The position numbers and the translations under genes are program-made. Of a stretch of 64,000 nt of DNA, positions 19,688-29,538 are shown piece after piece (the stretch's first letter is position 1; every line of letters begins with the position of its first letter). The notes beneath the pieces were generated by a model that was not told the DNA's origin, searched no databases, and was given only the letters and a program-made list of their open reading frames with translations. The stretch lies in contig NZ_MWQY01000016.1 of assembly GCF_002087085.1 (NCBI RefSeq), forward strand, positions 1-64,000, read 5' to 3'.

Positions 19688-21412
19688 CTACTCCGCATTG
19701 ATATTGATAAATTCAAAGTTTGTAACATCAAAAAGACCCATATCCGTGAGCTTGAGCTCCGGAATTACCGGCAGGGCCAGGAAGGAGAGGCTCATGAAGG
19801 GGTCCACCTGGGGATTGACCCGGAGGGCCTCGTAGGCTGTCCGGTTGATTCTGCTCAGGCGCTGGTTCAGCTGGTCCGCCCCTTCATTGGACATGAGTCC
19901 CGCTATGGGCAGGGGCAGCGTATCGAGCACCTTGCCTTCCCTGACGGCGCACATTCCACCGCCGCAGGATATCAGCTCCCTTGCGGCAGTCAGCATGTCC
20001 CGGTCGTTGTCACCGATTATGATCAGGTTATGGGAGTCATGGGCGATTGTGGTAGCCAGCGCGCCGTTTTTCAGCTGGAAGCCTTCCACCAGGCCAAGAC
20101 CGATATTTCCGCTCCCCCGGTGCCGCTCGATGACTGCGAGCTTAAGGATGTCCAGCTTCTCCCGGTGAACAAAGAAACCCTGCTCGTCGATGTACACCTT
20201 GCGCACCGCTTTTTCTGTAATCAGGTTCCCCGGATGCAGATGGATAACGTTGACCAGATCTCCCCGCAGCTTCAGCCGAAAACTCTCCTGTGAGAGCTCC
20301 CCGACCTTGACGCTTCCGGATACCCTGCTGATGTCCGGGGTGTTGACAGCGAAGAGGGCTTCCTGATTCCTGGCCACCAGGACGCCCCTCTTGTATACCT
20401 GCTGCACCGTGAAGTGCCGCAGGTTGTCCACCACAATCATGTCTGCGTCAAATCCCGGAGCCAGGGCTCCCTTGCGGGCGAGACCGTAGCCTTCGGCGGC
20501 GTTGAGGGTCCCCATCTGTATGGCCGTCAGGGGATCCAGCCCGTTTTCAATGGCAAGGCGCAGGCTGTGGTCGATATGTCCCTCGCTAAGGATCTGTTCG
20601 GGCTGTTTATCGTCGGTGCAGAAGGAACAGTAACGGGAGGTGTGAGGGCCGACCCCCTTTATCAGGGTGGAAAGGTTGCGGGCGGCCGAACCCTCGCGAA
20701 TCAGAATACGCATCCCGATCCGCAGCCGGTCACGCATCTCGTCCAGGGTGGAGCATTCGTGGTCGGTCTGGATTCCCGCAGCCCGGTAGGCATTCAAACC
20801 CCTGCCTTCCAGCATGGGGCCGTGGCCGTCGATGGGTTTGTTTCTTTTTGCCGCCAGGGCGATTTTCGCCAGAATGCCCTCATCCCCCGCTGCAACGGAA
20901 GGGTAGTCCATGACCTCTCCCAGGCCCAGGACCGCATCGTCGTCTATCAGTTCTTCCAGAGCTGCAGCGTCCAGCACGGCACCGGCGTTTTCAAAGGAGG
21001 TGGAGGGAACGCAGGAGGGCAGCATGAAATAGACATCCAGGGGGGCCTTTTTCGCCGCACTGATCATGTAGCGTATTCCCTCAAGGCCGGCCACATTGGC
21101 AATCTCGTGGGGGTCCGCGATTACTGTTGTGGTTCCCCGGGGGACCACCAGCCGGGCGAACTGCTCGGGAGAGACCAGGGATGACTCTATATGAACATGG
21201 CTGTCGATCAGACCCGGGAGCAGATAGGCTCCGTTCAGGTCAAGCTCCTTTCTTCCTTCGTAGGCTCCGATACCGGCTATTACGCCCTGGTCAACCGCCA
21301 GACTCCCGTCGCTTACCTCGTGGGTGTGGACATTCACAATACGGGCATTCTGCAGTACAAGATCAGCCTTTCGCCGGCCCGCGGCAACATCGATCAACCT
21401 TTTCAAATCCAT
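19688..21412 (-). CDS. ade: Adenine deaminase
   Basis: IDSHVHIESS, DPHEIANV, DHEC, REGS, TDD, AHDSHN; start set at MDLKR. Confidence 0.95.
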   Translation of the reverse strand: MDLKRLIDVAAGRRKADLVLQNARIVNVHTHEVSDGSLAVDQGVIAGIGAYEGRKELDLNGAYLLPGLIDSHVHIESSLVSPEQFARLVVPRGTTTVIADPHEIANVAGLEGIRYMISAAKKAPLDVYFMLPSCVPSTSFENAGAVLDAAALEELIDDDAVLGLGEVMDYPSVAAGDEGILAKIALAAKRNKPIDGHGPMLEGRGLNAYRAAGIQTDHECSTLDEMRDRLRIGMRILIREGSAARNLSTLIKGVGPHTSRYCSFCTDDKQPEQILSEGHIDHSLRLAIENGLDPLTAIQMGTLNAAEGYGLARKGALAPGFDADMIVVDNLRHFTVQQVYKRGVLVARNQEALFAVNTPDISRVSGSVKVGELSQESFRLKLRGDLVNVIHLHPGNLITEKAVRKVYIDEQGFFVHREKLDILKLAVIERHRGSGNIGLGLVEGFQLKNGALATTIAHDSHNLIIIGDNDRDMLTAARELISCGGGMCAVREGKVLDTLPLPIAGLMSNEGADQLNQRLSRINRTAYEALRVNPQVDPFMSLSFLALPVIPELKLTDMGLFDVTNFEFININAE

Positions 21413-21507
21413 TATATAACCCCTTGTATGTATCCTACAGAATAGCGCCCCTTTTTCGCAGGGGCAAACTTTTTTTACTCTTTCAAGGCTCTGAGAAAAA
21501 AATTGCG

Positions 21508-21536
21508 TTGCACTACTCTTGCCCTGCGGGTAAACT
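21508..21536 (+). promoter_or_regulatory. Sigma70-type promoter of the permease
   Basis: TTGCAC-N17-TAAACT. Confidence 0.55.
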
Positions 21537-21589
21537 GATATCTGATCGGTTCCGTTTTGGGGACACAAAAATTATTGCAGGGAGAGAGT

Positions 21590-22879
21590 ATGGAAAAGTT
21601 CTTTCAACTGAAAGCGAACAACACCACAGTTCGCACGGAGGTTATCGCCGGTATTACCACATTTCTGACGATGGCCTACATCCTGGCGGTTAACCCGGGA
21701 ATTCTGTCCGCCGCGGGAATGCCTGCCGATTCGGTCTTTACCGCTACGGCAGTCGCATCGCTTATCGCGACCCTTGTTATGGCGCTGTTTGCCAAGCTGC
21801 CCTTCGCACTGGCTCCGGGTATGGGGCTGAACGCCTTCTTTGCCTTCGCTGTTGTTCTCGGTATGGGATACAGCTGGCAGTTCGCCCTGACGGCGGTATT
21901 TCTCGAAGGTATCATCTTCATCGTTCTGACTTTCCTGAACATCCGCGAAGCCATCATTAACCTGATTCCAATGAATATCAAACGGGCAATCTCCGTTGGT
22001 ATCGGACTCTTCATTGCCTTTATCGGCATGCAGAACGCCGGAATCATCGTTAACAACGATGCGACCCTGGTGGGACTCGGTTCCCTGGCTAATCCCGCTG
22101 CTCTTCTGGCGGTAATCGGCCTTATAATTACCGGTGTCATGATCGCCTACAAAGTCAAAGGCGCCCTTTTGTGGGGAATCCTCATTTCTACGGTTGTCGG
22201 CATCCCCATGGGTGTTACCAGCCTGGAAGGATTCAAGCTGATGGCAGCTCCCCCGTCCCTGGGACCCATACTCTTCAAGTTTGATTTCGCGAACATCTTC
22301 AGCTTTGATATGCTGATCGTCCTCTTCACCTTCCTGTTTGTCGATATGTTCGATACGGTAGGCACCCTGATCGGTGTATCCACCAAGGCAGGTATCCTCC
22401 AGGCTGACGGTTCCATCCCCCGGGCAAAGCAGGCCCTTTTTGCCGACGCCGTTGGAACCACCGTTGGTGCCATGCTGGGAACCTCCACGGTAACTACCTA
22501 CGTAGAGAGCGCAGCTGGTGTTGAAGAGGGTGGACGTACCGGTCTTACCGCTCTTGTTACCGCAGCCATGTTCTTCCTGGCTCTTTTCTTCAGCCCCGTC
22601 TTCCTGCTGGTACCCGGAGCCGCAACTGCCCCGGCCCTGATCCTGGTGGGTGTTTTCATGATGAGCCCGGTAAAAGAGATCGAATTTACCGAGATTACCG
22701 AAGCTGTCCCCGCTTTCCTGGCGATCGTTATGATGCCCCTGGCCTACAGTATAGCCGAAGGTATCGTATGGGGCCTTACTTCATGGGTAATTCTTAAAGT
22801 CCTCAGCGGCCGCACCAAAGAAGTAGGTATCGCTACCTACATTGTAGCCGCAGTCTTCATTCTGAAATTCTTCCTCTAG
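21590..22879 (+). CDS. NCS2/AzgA-family purine permease
   Basis: TEVIAGITTFLTMAYILAVNP, APGMGLNAFF, FDTVGT, YVESAAG...GGRTGL. Confidence 0.95.
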   Translation: MEKFFQLKANNTTVRTEVIAGITTFLTMAYILAVNPGILSAAGMPADSVFTATAVASLIATLVMALFAKLPFALAPGMGLNAFFAFAVVLGMGYSWQFALTAVFLEGIIFIVLTFLNIREAIINLIPMNIKRAISVGIGLFIAFIGMQNAGIIVNNDATLVGLGSLANPAALLAVIGLIITGVMIAYKVKGALLWGILISTVVGIPMGVTSLEGFKLMAAPPSLGPILFKFDFANIFSFDMLIVLFTFLFVDMFDTVGTLIGVSTKAGILQADGSIPRAKQALFADAVGTTVGAMLGTSTVTTYVESAAGVEEGGRTGLTALVTAAMFFLALFFSPVFLLVPGAATAPALILVGVFMMSPVKEIEFTEITEAVPAFLAIVMMPLAYSIAEGIVWGLTSWVILKVLSGRTKEVGIATYIVAAVFILKFFL

Positions 22880-22914
22880 GGATTTTCTGAAACTGATTCT
22901 GACAGCATTATTTC

Positions 22915-22948
22915 TGTGCCGCGGGAAACCGCGGCACATTTTATTTTT
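22915..22948 (+). terminator. Intrinsic terminator
   Basis: TGTGCCGCGG-GAAA-CCGCGGCACA followed by a T-rich tract. Confidence 0.9.
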
Positions 22949-23018
22949 GGGTACCTGAAAACTAATATCATGTTTATAGAGGTGCCTTTATGTTGTGCTG
23001 GGCAACGCCGCTTTTAAA

Positions 23019-23036
23019 TGTTATTATGTAATGACA
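23019..23036. promoter_or_regulatory. Palindromic operator candidate (GntR)
   Basis: TGTTATTA-TG-TAATGACA; 13/18 match at 26938-26955 upstream of the GntR gene. Confidence 0.5.
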
Positions 23037-23089
23037 ATAGCATATGATAGGCTGTTGATTTTTTTGATTCTGTAAAAGAGGAGTTCCCT

Positions 23090-23968
23090 ATGGGTTCGCA
23101 TGTCAATGTTTCGGTTGTGGGGATAGGTATCATGGGCTCCGCCATAGCCGGCCGTCTGTTGGAAGTCGGACATCAAGTAACTGTATTCGATATTGATCGG
23201 AAAAGGCTCGATGCGATGAGTGCCCTGGGCGCCAGTACCGCGGGGTCCCCCGCCGAGGCTGCCGACGCCGCTGATTACATCATAACAAGCCTGAATACCG
23301 CGGCGATAGTGCGCTCCGCCGTTTTCGGACCCGGCGGCATTGCCGAGTCGGCTTCCGGAGACAAGATGCTGATAGATATGTCCTCCATCGATCCCGCTGC
23401 CACCCGTGAAATGGCCCGGGAACTTGAAGCGACTTCGGGGATGGCCTGGGTGGACGCCCCCCTCTCCGGCGGAGCGCCGAAGGCGAAGCTCGGGCAGCTG
23501 ACGGTTATGGCCGGCGGGAGTGCAGAAAATGTAGGGAGGGCCAGGGCGGTTATGGACTCCCTGTGTGCCAATTACAGCCACATGGGACCCTCCGGAGCGG
23601 GGCAGACCACGAAGCTGGTGAACCAGGTTCTCTGCGCCCTGGGTTTTCAGGCCGTTGCGGAGGCCGTCAGGATCGCTGAAGCCGGAGGCGTGGATGCCGC
23701 AAGGATTCCCGCCGCCCTTGCCGGTGGACGGGCGGACAGCAGTATTCTGCAGGAGTTCGGCCCTAAAATGGCGGCCCGGGATTACAGCCCCACCGGCCGA
23801 ATCGACAATATGCTGAAGGACCTTGAAGCAGTTCAGAGTTTCGCAATGGGAGAACGTCTGCCTCTCCCCCTGACCGGGGCGGTTACCGAGCTGCACCGCC
23901 TCTTTGTAGCTGCAGGAATAGGCCCCGAGGATACCGCGGCAATGATGAAGCAGTTTGAGGGCTTCTGA
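23090..23968 (+). CDS. Beta-hydroxyacid dehydrogenase (GarR/GlxR/MmsB family)
   Basis: VGIGIMG, DMSS, DAPLSGG, KLVNQ, MLKDL. Confidence 0.92.
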   Translation: MGSHVNVSVVGIGIMGSAIAGRLLEVGHQVTVFDIDRKRLDAMSALGASTAGSPAEAADAADYIITSLNTAAIVRSAVFGPGGIAESASGDKMLIDMSSIDPAATREMARELEATSGMAWVDAPLSGGAPKAKLGQLTVMAGGSAENVGRARAVMDSLCANYSHMGPSGAGQTTKLVNQVLCALGFQAVAEAVRIAEAGGVDAARIPAALAGGRADSSILQEFGPKMAARDYSPTGRIDNMLKDLEAVQSFAMGERLPLPLTGAVTELHRLFVAAGIGPEDTAAMMKQFEGF

Positions 23969-23970
23969 GG

Positions 23971-24288
23971 ATGTACACGAGAAGCGCGATCTTCGAAGGC
24001 CGTATTCTTCCGGGAAAGGAGGATGAGTTTTATTCCGCGGTTCAGGAGCGGCTCCTCCCCGCCTGGCGGCAGATGCTCCATGCCACGGATGTCCGGCTTT
24101 TCAGGCCCCTGCGCCGGGACGACGGAACGGCCGAGGTGTTTCTGGTGCAGGAAATCGACTACCCGTCCCTGGAGGCAATCGACGAGGCTCTATCCTCCCC
24201 CCGCCGGGAAAAGGCCTCTGAAGCCCTGAAATCCGTTCAACACCTTTACGAGGGACGGCATTACCATTATGTATATAAGAAGCTGTAA
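23971..24288 (+). CDS. Small EthD-like alpha/beta barrel protein
   Basis: 105 aa, coupled to upstream gene; YPSLEAIDEALSSP.R pattern. Confidence 0.65.
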   Translation: MYTRSAIFEGRILPGKEDEFYSAVQERLLPAWRQMLHATDVRLFRPLRRDDGTAEVFLVQEIDYPSLEAIDEALSSPRREKASEALKSVQHLYEGRHYHYVYKKL

Positions 24289-24322
24289 GACCCTATAAAT
24301 GATTTTAGCTGGAGTTAATGCG

Positions 24323-25291
24323 ATGTTTATTCTGGAACCCAACCTTCATGAACGTGTCCCTGGAGTATTTGATGAATCGGGAATGGTTAAAGCGCTTCTT
24401 CCCTGGACTGAATGGAAGAAGATGCTCGAGCTGCAAAAAAAGGAGAAGGTCAAGTGTTTTGTAATAAGCCACGAGCCCTATCCGGAGGAGTTCTACCGGG
24501 GTCTTGAAAAAGGCTCCCTGCTCATACGCTATGGTGTTGGGTATGATGCTGTCCCTGTAGAATTATGCCGGGAGCTTGGTATTCTCGTAGCGAATACGCC
24601 GGGGACTCTTGACCAGTCGGTGGCTGAACATGCAGCTGCGCTCATGCTGGCTGCGGCACGGCATATCGTTACCCTTGATCGGGAGGTTAAATCCGGAGGA
24701 TGGAACCCGGTAATGGCCCGGGAGCTCAGAGGCCAGACCCTCGCGCTTATCGGTTTCGGAAAAATCGGCCGCACCCTGGCGTCCATAGCAAAGTTCGGTC
24801 TTGGTATGCGAATAGTCGCTTTTGATATCAATGAAGGAATCCACAGCTCTTTTCCCGATCTTTTTGATGAGTTCACCACAAGTTTTAAAGAGGCTGTTTC
24901 AGATGCTGATTTTGTCTCCCTTCACATGAATCTCAATCCCCATACGCGGGGATTTCTCAATGCCGAAAGGCTGGAGTATTTCAAATCCGGATCCGTACTC
25001 ATCAATACTGCCCGGGGGGGAGTTGTAAATGAACAGGATTTATTTTCCGCTCTGAAGGACGGCAGACTCGCCTGTGCTGCCCTGGATGTTACCGCAGCGG
25101 AACCCTATGTTCCCCTTCCCGGTGCGGACCTGCGTACCCTGAGCAATGTAATCATGACTCCCCATGTGGCGTCCAATACAGGGGCTGCCAATCGGCGTAT
25201 TGCTGAATCCTGTATAGAAAATGCAAAAAAGTACGGACAGGGGAAATTATCGGAATTGACCCTGATTCCTGAACTGCAGGATCTGGTGTAA
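24323..25291 (+). CDS. D-isomer-specific 2-hydroxyacid dehydrogenase
   Basis: RYGVGYD, SVAEHA, IGFGKIG, INTARG, LDV..EP, TPHVA. Confidence 0.92.
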   Translation: MFILEPNLHERVPGVFDESGMVKALLPWTEWKKMLELQKKEKVKCFVISHEPYPEEFYRGLEKGSLLIRYGVGYDAVPVELCRELGILVANTPGTLDQSVAEHAAALMLAAARHIVTLDREVKSGGWNPVMARELRGQTLALIGFGKIGRTLASIAKFGLGMRIVAFDINEGIHSSFPDLFDEFTTSFKEAVSDADFVSLHMNLNPHTRGFLNAERLEYFKSGSVLINTARGGVVNEQDLFSALKDGRLACAALDVTAAEPYVPLPGADLRTLSNVIMTPHVASNTGAANRRIAESCIENAKKYGQGKLSELTLIPELQDLV

Positions 25292-25338
25292 GATTCTGTA
25301 ATTCAGACGGTGTTTTATAAGAAAGAAATGGAGGACGT

Positions 25339-26085
25339 ATGAAGCTTGAGGGAAAAACGGCTGTAGTTACCGGGGGTACCGGAGGACTTGGATGGTACAT
25401 CTGTAAGAGTCTTGCCGCGGAAAAGGCAAAAATCGTTCTGGTGTATCTGAAGTCCCGGGAGAAGGCCGAAGGCTATGCAGCGGAACTGAGATCCATGGGT
25501 ACGGAAGCGGTGGCCGTGAGTGCCGATGTTACCACCGAAGAGGGCATCGGTAAAATGGCGGATGCCGCGGTTTCGAGCTTCGGCGGGATCGACGCTCTGG
25601 TTTTGAACGCGGCCTTCAATAAGTGGGTCAATTTCTCGGACCTCGAATCTCTGGATCCCGCTTTGTGGAATGATATTATCAACTACAATCTGACCGCTCC
25701 CTATCTGGCCATGAGAACGATCGGACCGAAGATGAAGGAGAAGGGCGGCCGGATTGTTACCATCTCATCCATTGCAGGACTGAGTCCTTCCGGCAGCAGC
25801 ATTGCCTACTGCGTTTCCAAGGCGGGTTTAATCCACCTTACCCGCTGCATGTCCGTAGCCCTGGCTCCCTCCGTACTGGTTAACAGTGTAGCTCCGGGGC
25901 TCATGGAAGGGACAAGAATGACGGAAAACCTGGCCCCTGAATACGCTGACAAAGCCAGGAAATCCGCCCTTATCGGGAAGGCTGCCGAGAGGGAAGATGT
26001 TGCCGATGCGGTTAAAACCTTTATCAAAACCGACAGCATTACCGGTCAGACCCTGGTGGTTGACGGCGGCAAGGTTTTTCACTGA
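25339..26085 (+). CDS. SDR-family oxidoreductase
   Basis: TGGTGGLG, YCVSK, VNSVAPG. Confidence 0.92.
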   Translation: MKLEGKTAVVTGGTGGLGWYICKSLAAEKAKIVLVYLKSREKAEGYAAELRSMGTEAVAVSADVTTEEGIGKMADAAVSSFGGIDALVLNAAFNKWVNFSDLESLDPALWNDIINYNLTAPYLAMRTIGPKMKEKGGRIVTISSIAGLSPSGSSIAYCVSKAGLIHLTRCMSVALAPSVLVNSVAPGLMEGTRMTENLAPEYADKARKSALIGKAAEREDVADAVKTFIKTDSITGQTLVVDGGKVFH

Positions 26086-26102
26086 TCCCGAGGGAATACT
26101 GT

Positions 26103-26846
26103 CTATTCCGCCCGCACTTCAAGGGTGAATCTGCTGTGGTCGCCCCGGTACCAGCCCAGGGAAAACTCGATGGGAATATCCTGATCCGTATATACGATGG
26201 TTTCTGTGTACTGGACCGGGCTGCCCGGTTTTATCTCCAGGAGGGTGGCCTCCTCCTTTGGGGCTGCAATGGCTTCAATGGAACGCCGCATCAGGGTCAG
26301 TTCGAAGGCATAAGTTTCAGATAAAAGAGTATGGAGGGCGACCTGGCTGAAGTCGTGGGAATCGAAGCCGGGAACAAGTCCTGCGGGCAGAAAGGTGTTT
26401 ACTATCATCAGGGGCTGCCGGTCGGCGGAACGCAGGCGGCGCAGAAAGAACACTGTGTCCCCTGACTGCAGGCCCAGTTTTTCCGCTACCGCGGTATCGG
26501 CCTTTGTCTGATAAAGGTCCAGAACACGGGTACTGGGGCTGACACCCTTGTCCCGCATCTCCTGGTTGAAACTGCTTAAGGCAAGGCGGAAGTCCCGCTG
26601 CACCTTCGGCCTGGTGACAAAGGTTCCTTTGCCTTTGCTTCGTACCAGGTATCCTTCGGCCACGAGTTCGGTGATTGCCTGGCGTACCGTGGGACGGCTT
26701 ATTTCAAAACGTGTACAGAGTTCGTTCTCCGTCGGGATGGGGTCTCCCACCCTGCATGTATCGATGTAATCCCGCAGGTGTTGCTTCAGCTGATAGTAAA
26801 GTGGAATCGGAATGCTCTTGTCGATGGCGTTCCTGTCAAGGCGCAT
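26103..26846 (-). CDS. GntR-family regulator (HutC/UTRA subfamily)
   Basis: PLYYQL, PTENEL, SRPTVRQA, GKGTFV; UTRA-type C-terminus. Confidence 0.95.
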   Translation of the reverse strand: MRLDRNAIDKSIPIPLYYQLKQHLRDYIDTCRVGDPIPTENELCTRFEISRPTVRQAITELVAEGYLVRSKGKGTFVTRPKVQRDFRLALSSFNQEMRDKGVSPSTRVLDLYQTKADTAVAEKLGLQSGDTVFFLRRLRSADRQPLMIVNTFLPAGLVPGFDSHDFSQVALHTLLSETYAFELTLMRRSIEAIAAPKEEATLLEIKPGSPVQYTETIVYTDQDIPIEFSLGWYRGDHSRFTLEVRAE

Positions 26847-27132
26847 ACGCTTCTCCTGATGTTCCGGCAGCTGCGGGAATCCCTCTGTGTACAGTATTGT
26901 ATCATGAAAAATGGGAGATGATAAGGAGAGGTAATAATGTAAGTATGTACTGTCTTATTCAGCTGTATTTTCCGGTTCGGTGAAAATGAATACAAATAGT
27001 TAAGGAAAACCGACAGGTTGTACACAAAAGTAAAAGAAAACTGGATGTTTGAATACATCTTTCCCTTGACCACCGGCGCTGAGTGTTACAGACTGGTTCT
27101 ATTACAGCATAACCTTTAGGAGAAGCGGATAT

Positions 27133-27873
27133 ATGAATCAAGCAAAAAAGATCGCCCTGGTAACCGGCGCCGCCGGGACCATGGGTAAGGCAGTCGCAAA
27201 GGGATTAATCGAAGACGGGTACCGGGTCGTTCTGGCGGATGTAAAAAAAGAGGCCCTGGACAAGGTTGCCGCGGAACTGGGACAGGACTGCTATCCCATC
27301 GCCTTTGATATCAGCGATTTCGGGGCCTGCAAAAAGGCTATCGGGCAGGTCAGGACTGAGGTGGGGGACGTGGATGTCCTCGTGAACAACGCCGGAATCC
27401 TCTCCAACAACAAGGTCGCCGCCACCACCCCCGAAGAGTGGCACAAGGTTCTGGCGGTCAACCTGGACGGCGCCTTCTATCTTATTCAGCTCTGTCTGCC
27501 GGCGATGATCGAGAAAAAGTGGGGCAGGATTATCAACACCAGCTCCTTCGCGTCAAAATCCGGGGGGATTACTGCGGGCACCACCTATTCGGTTTCCAAA
27601 GCCGCCATCAACGGTCTTACCTTCTCCATTGCCGCGGAGACCCTCAAGACCGGGGTCACCTGCAACGCCGTTGCCCCCGCCTATGTTCGGACCCCCATGG
27701 TGGAACAGCAGCTCAATGACGAACAGCGGGCCGCCGTGCTTGCCAAGATCCCCGTGGGCCGCTTCTGTGAACCGGAAGAGTTTGCCCACGCTGTACGCTT
27801 TCTGGCTTCTCCCATGTCGGGATTCATTACCGGTGAAATCCTTGACCAGAACGGCGGGCTTCAGTTCGACTGA
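27133..27873 (+). CDS. SDR oxidoreductase, FabG-like
   Basis: TGAAGTMG, LVNNAGI, YSVSK, NAVAP. Confidence 0.92.
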   Translation: MNQAKKIALVTGAAGTMGKAVAKGLIEDGYRVVLADVKKEALDKVAAELGQDCYPIAFDISDFGACKKAIGQVRTEVGDVDVLVNNAGILSNNKVAATTPEEWHKVLAVNLDGAFYLIQLCLPAMIEKKWGRIINTSSFASKSGGITAGTTYSVSKAAINGLTFSIAAETLKTGVTCNAVAPAYVRTPMVEQQLNDEQRAAVLAKIPVGRFCEPEEFAHAVRFLASPMSGFITGEILDQNGGLQFD

Positions 27874-27898
27874 TCAGAACATCTTCCGGCTTATCTGC

Positions 27899-27932
27899 AG
27901 GCGGATTCCCTTAAGGAGGGTCCGCCTTTTTT
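27899..27932 (+). terminator. Intrinsic terminator
   Basis: AGGCGGATTC...GGGTCCGCCT followed by a T run. Confidence 0.8.
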
Positions 27933-27954
27933 CCTTCTTCCACGCCTTTAAAAC

Positions 27955-27983
27955 TTGACAGTCCATGAGAGCGGTTTTAGTAT
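27955..27983 (+). promoter_or_regulatory. Sigma70-type promoter of the purine catabolic operon
   Basis: TTGACA-N17-TAGTAT, about 190 nt upstream of the ATG at 28171. Confidence 0.75.
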
Positions 27984-28170
27984 GGTTTGTGTACGCTGCA
28001 TGGATCTTAAAAAATGTTCCGGGTACAGCTATCTGACGGACTGATTTTTCCTATTCTTTTTTTCAGGTTAAACCCAAAAAGAATAGTTGGACCTTGAACG
28101 GAGAGGTTCGGCTATTCACCTCCGGCCCTCCTTATGCCAAGGCCCGCGAAATAACGGTACGGGGTAGGCT

Positions 28171-29538
28171 ATGATCGTTAAGAACGGACTGGTTGCCTTC
28201 AGCGGCGAGGATGAATTCCTCCGAAAAGACCTGAGGCTGCAGGACGGCCGTATTGTCGAAATCGGCCGGGATCTTACGGCGAATCACGATGACGAGATAC
28301 TGGACGCATCGGACTGCTGGGTTCTTCCCGGCGGCATTGACCCGCATGTTCACTTTTATGACCCCGGCTATACTGACAAGGAAGATTTTGCCCACGGCAG
28401 CGCTGCAGCAGTCTCCGGAGGGGTGACCACTGTAATCGACATGCCCTGTACCTCTCTGCCTCCTGTAACTGATTCCCGGTCCCTTCAGGGAAAACTGAAC
28501 ATAGTATCTCCGAAAGCCCATGTGGATTTCGGCTTCTTCGGGGGCGTCTCGCGGCAGCTCTTCGACGCAGGCTGCGAGGAGTCCATGGCTTCCATAGCCG
28601 AACAGGTAATGGGCTTCAAGGTCTACGCCGTATCGGGGATGGAAGAGGTCTGGGGTGCTCTGGACCACTGGCGCTTTCGTAAGGTTCTGGAGATCGCCGC
28701 AGGTCTCGGCAGCATTGTGCTGCTCCACGCCGAGGATGCCGAATACGTGGTCAATGCCTCGGAGGAACTGGAAAAAAGGCGCAGGGACCCGGAGGCCTGG
28801 TATCTTGCCCGTCCGGAGCTGGCGGAGGTCCTTGCCGTTACAAGTGCCCTGCGGATTGCCGCGGAAGCCCGGGGAAACCTGCATATCGTACACATCGGCA
28901 CCGCCGAGGCGGCACGGCTTTTGGCCGCTCCGCAGCCGGAGGGCTGCCGGATAAGCGGAGAGACCTGTCCCCAGTACCTGGCCTTCAGCCTGGATGACTT
29001 TATCGCCCAGGGGGCGGTCCTGAAGATAGCCCCGCCGATCAAGAAAGCGGGTAACCGGGAGAAGCTCTGGGAACTGCTGAAGGCGGGAACCATTGAGTTT
29101 GTGGCCTCGGACCATGCCCCGGGAACGGCGGGGGAGAAGTCCGGAAGGGACATCTGGAAGAACTCCGCGGGGATCGCCGGAACGGGCACCATGCTGCCCT
29201 TTCTTTTTTCAGAAGCTTACCTGGCCGGCAGGCTGTCCCTCTCCCGTTTTCTCGAAGTCGCCTCGGAAAATGCCGCCAGGCGCTACGGCTTTTTTGACCG
29301 CAAGGGTTCCATCGATACCGGCAAGGACGCCGACCTCGTTCTGATAAATTCCAGGGAAAACTGGACGGTCCGGGGAGACCAGTTCCTCTCCAGGGGGAAA
29401 CTGACTCCCTTTGAGGGCAGGACTTTTACCGGCAGGGTGGAAAAGACCCTGGTCCGGGGCCGGACTGTCTTTGATCGCCGGCGGGGTGCCCTGGAGGCCG
29501 GCTGGGGCGAGTTTATACGACCGACAAGGAGTGTGTAA
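28171..29538 (+). CDS. Cyclic amidohydrolase (allantoinase/dihydroorotase/hydantoinase family)
   Basis: PGGIDPHVH, GGVTT, HAED, ETCPQYL, K.APP, SDHAP. Confidence 0.88.
   Translation: MIVKNGLVAFSGEDEFLRKDLRLQDGRIVEIGRDLTANHDDEILDASDCWVLPGGIDPHVHFYDPGYTDKEDFAHGSAAAVSGGVTTVIDMPCTSLPPVTDSRSLQGKLNIVSPKAHVDFGFFGGVSRQLFDAGCEESMASIAEQVMGFKVYAVSGMEEVWGALDHWRFRKVLEIAAGLGSIVLLHAEDAEYVVNASEELEKRRRDPEAWYLARPELAEVLAVTSALRIAAEARGNLHIVHIGTAEAARLLAAPQPEGCRISGETCPQYLAFSLDDFIAQGAVLKIAPPIKKAGNREKLWELLKAGTIEFVASDHAPGTAGEKSGRDIWKNSAGIAGTGTMLPFLFSEAYLAGRLSLSRFLEVASENAARRYGFFDRKGSIDTGKDADLVLINSRENWTVRGDQFLSRGKLTPFEGRTFTGRVEKTLVRGRTVFDRRRGALEAGWGEFIRPTRSV

Noticed and set aside
18788..20293. 501-aa plus-strand ORF, and similar long antisense ORFs such as 31026-32636
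   Set aside because: Lie opposite well-supported genes (arcC/ade, ygfK); codon-bias shadows.
21413..21589. Purine riboswitch between ade and the permease
   Set aside because: No aptamer consensus seen; only a promoter and a short GCCCCT/AGGGGC hairpin.
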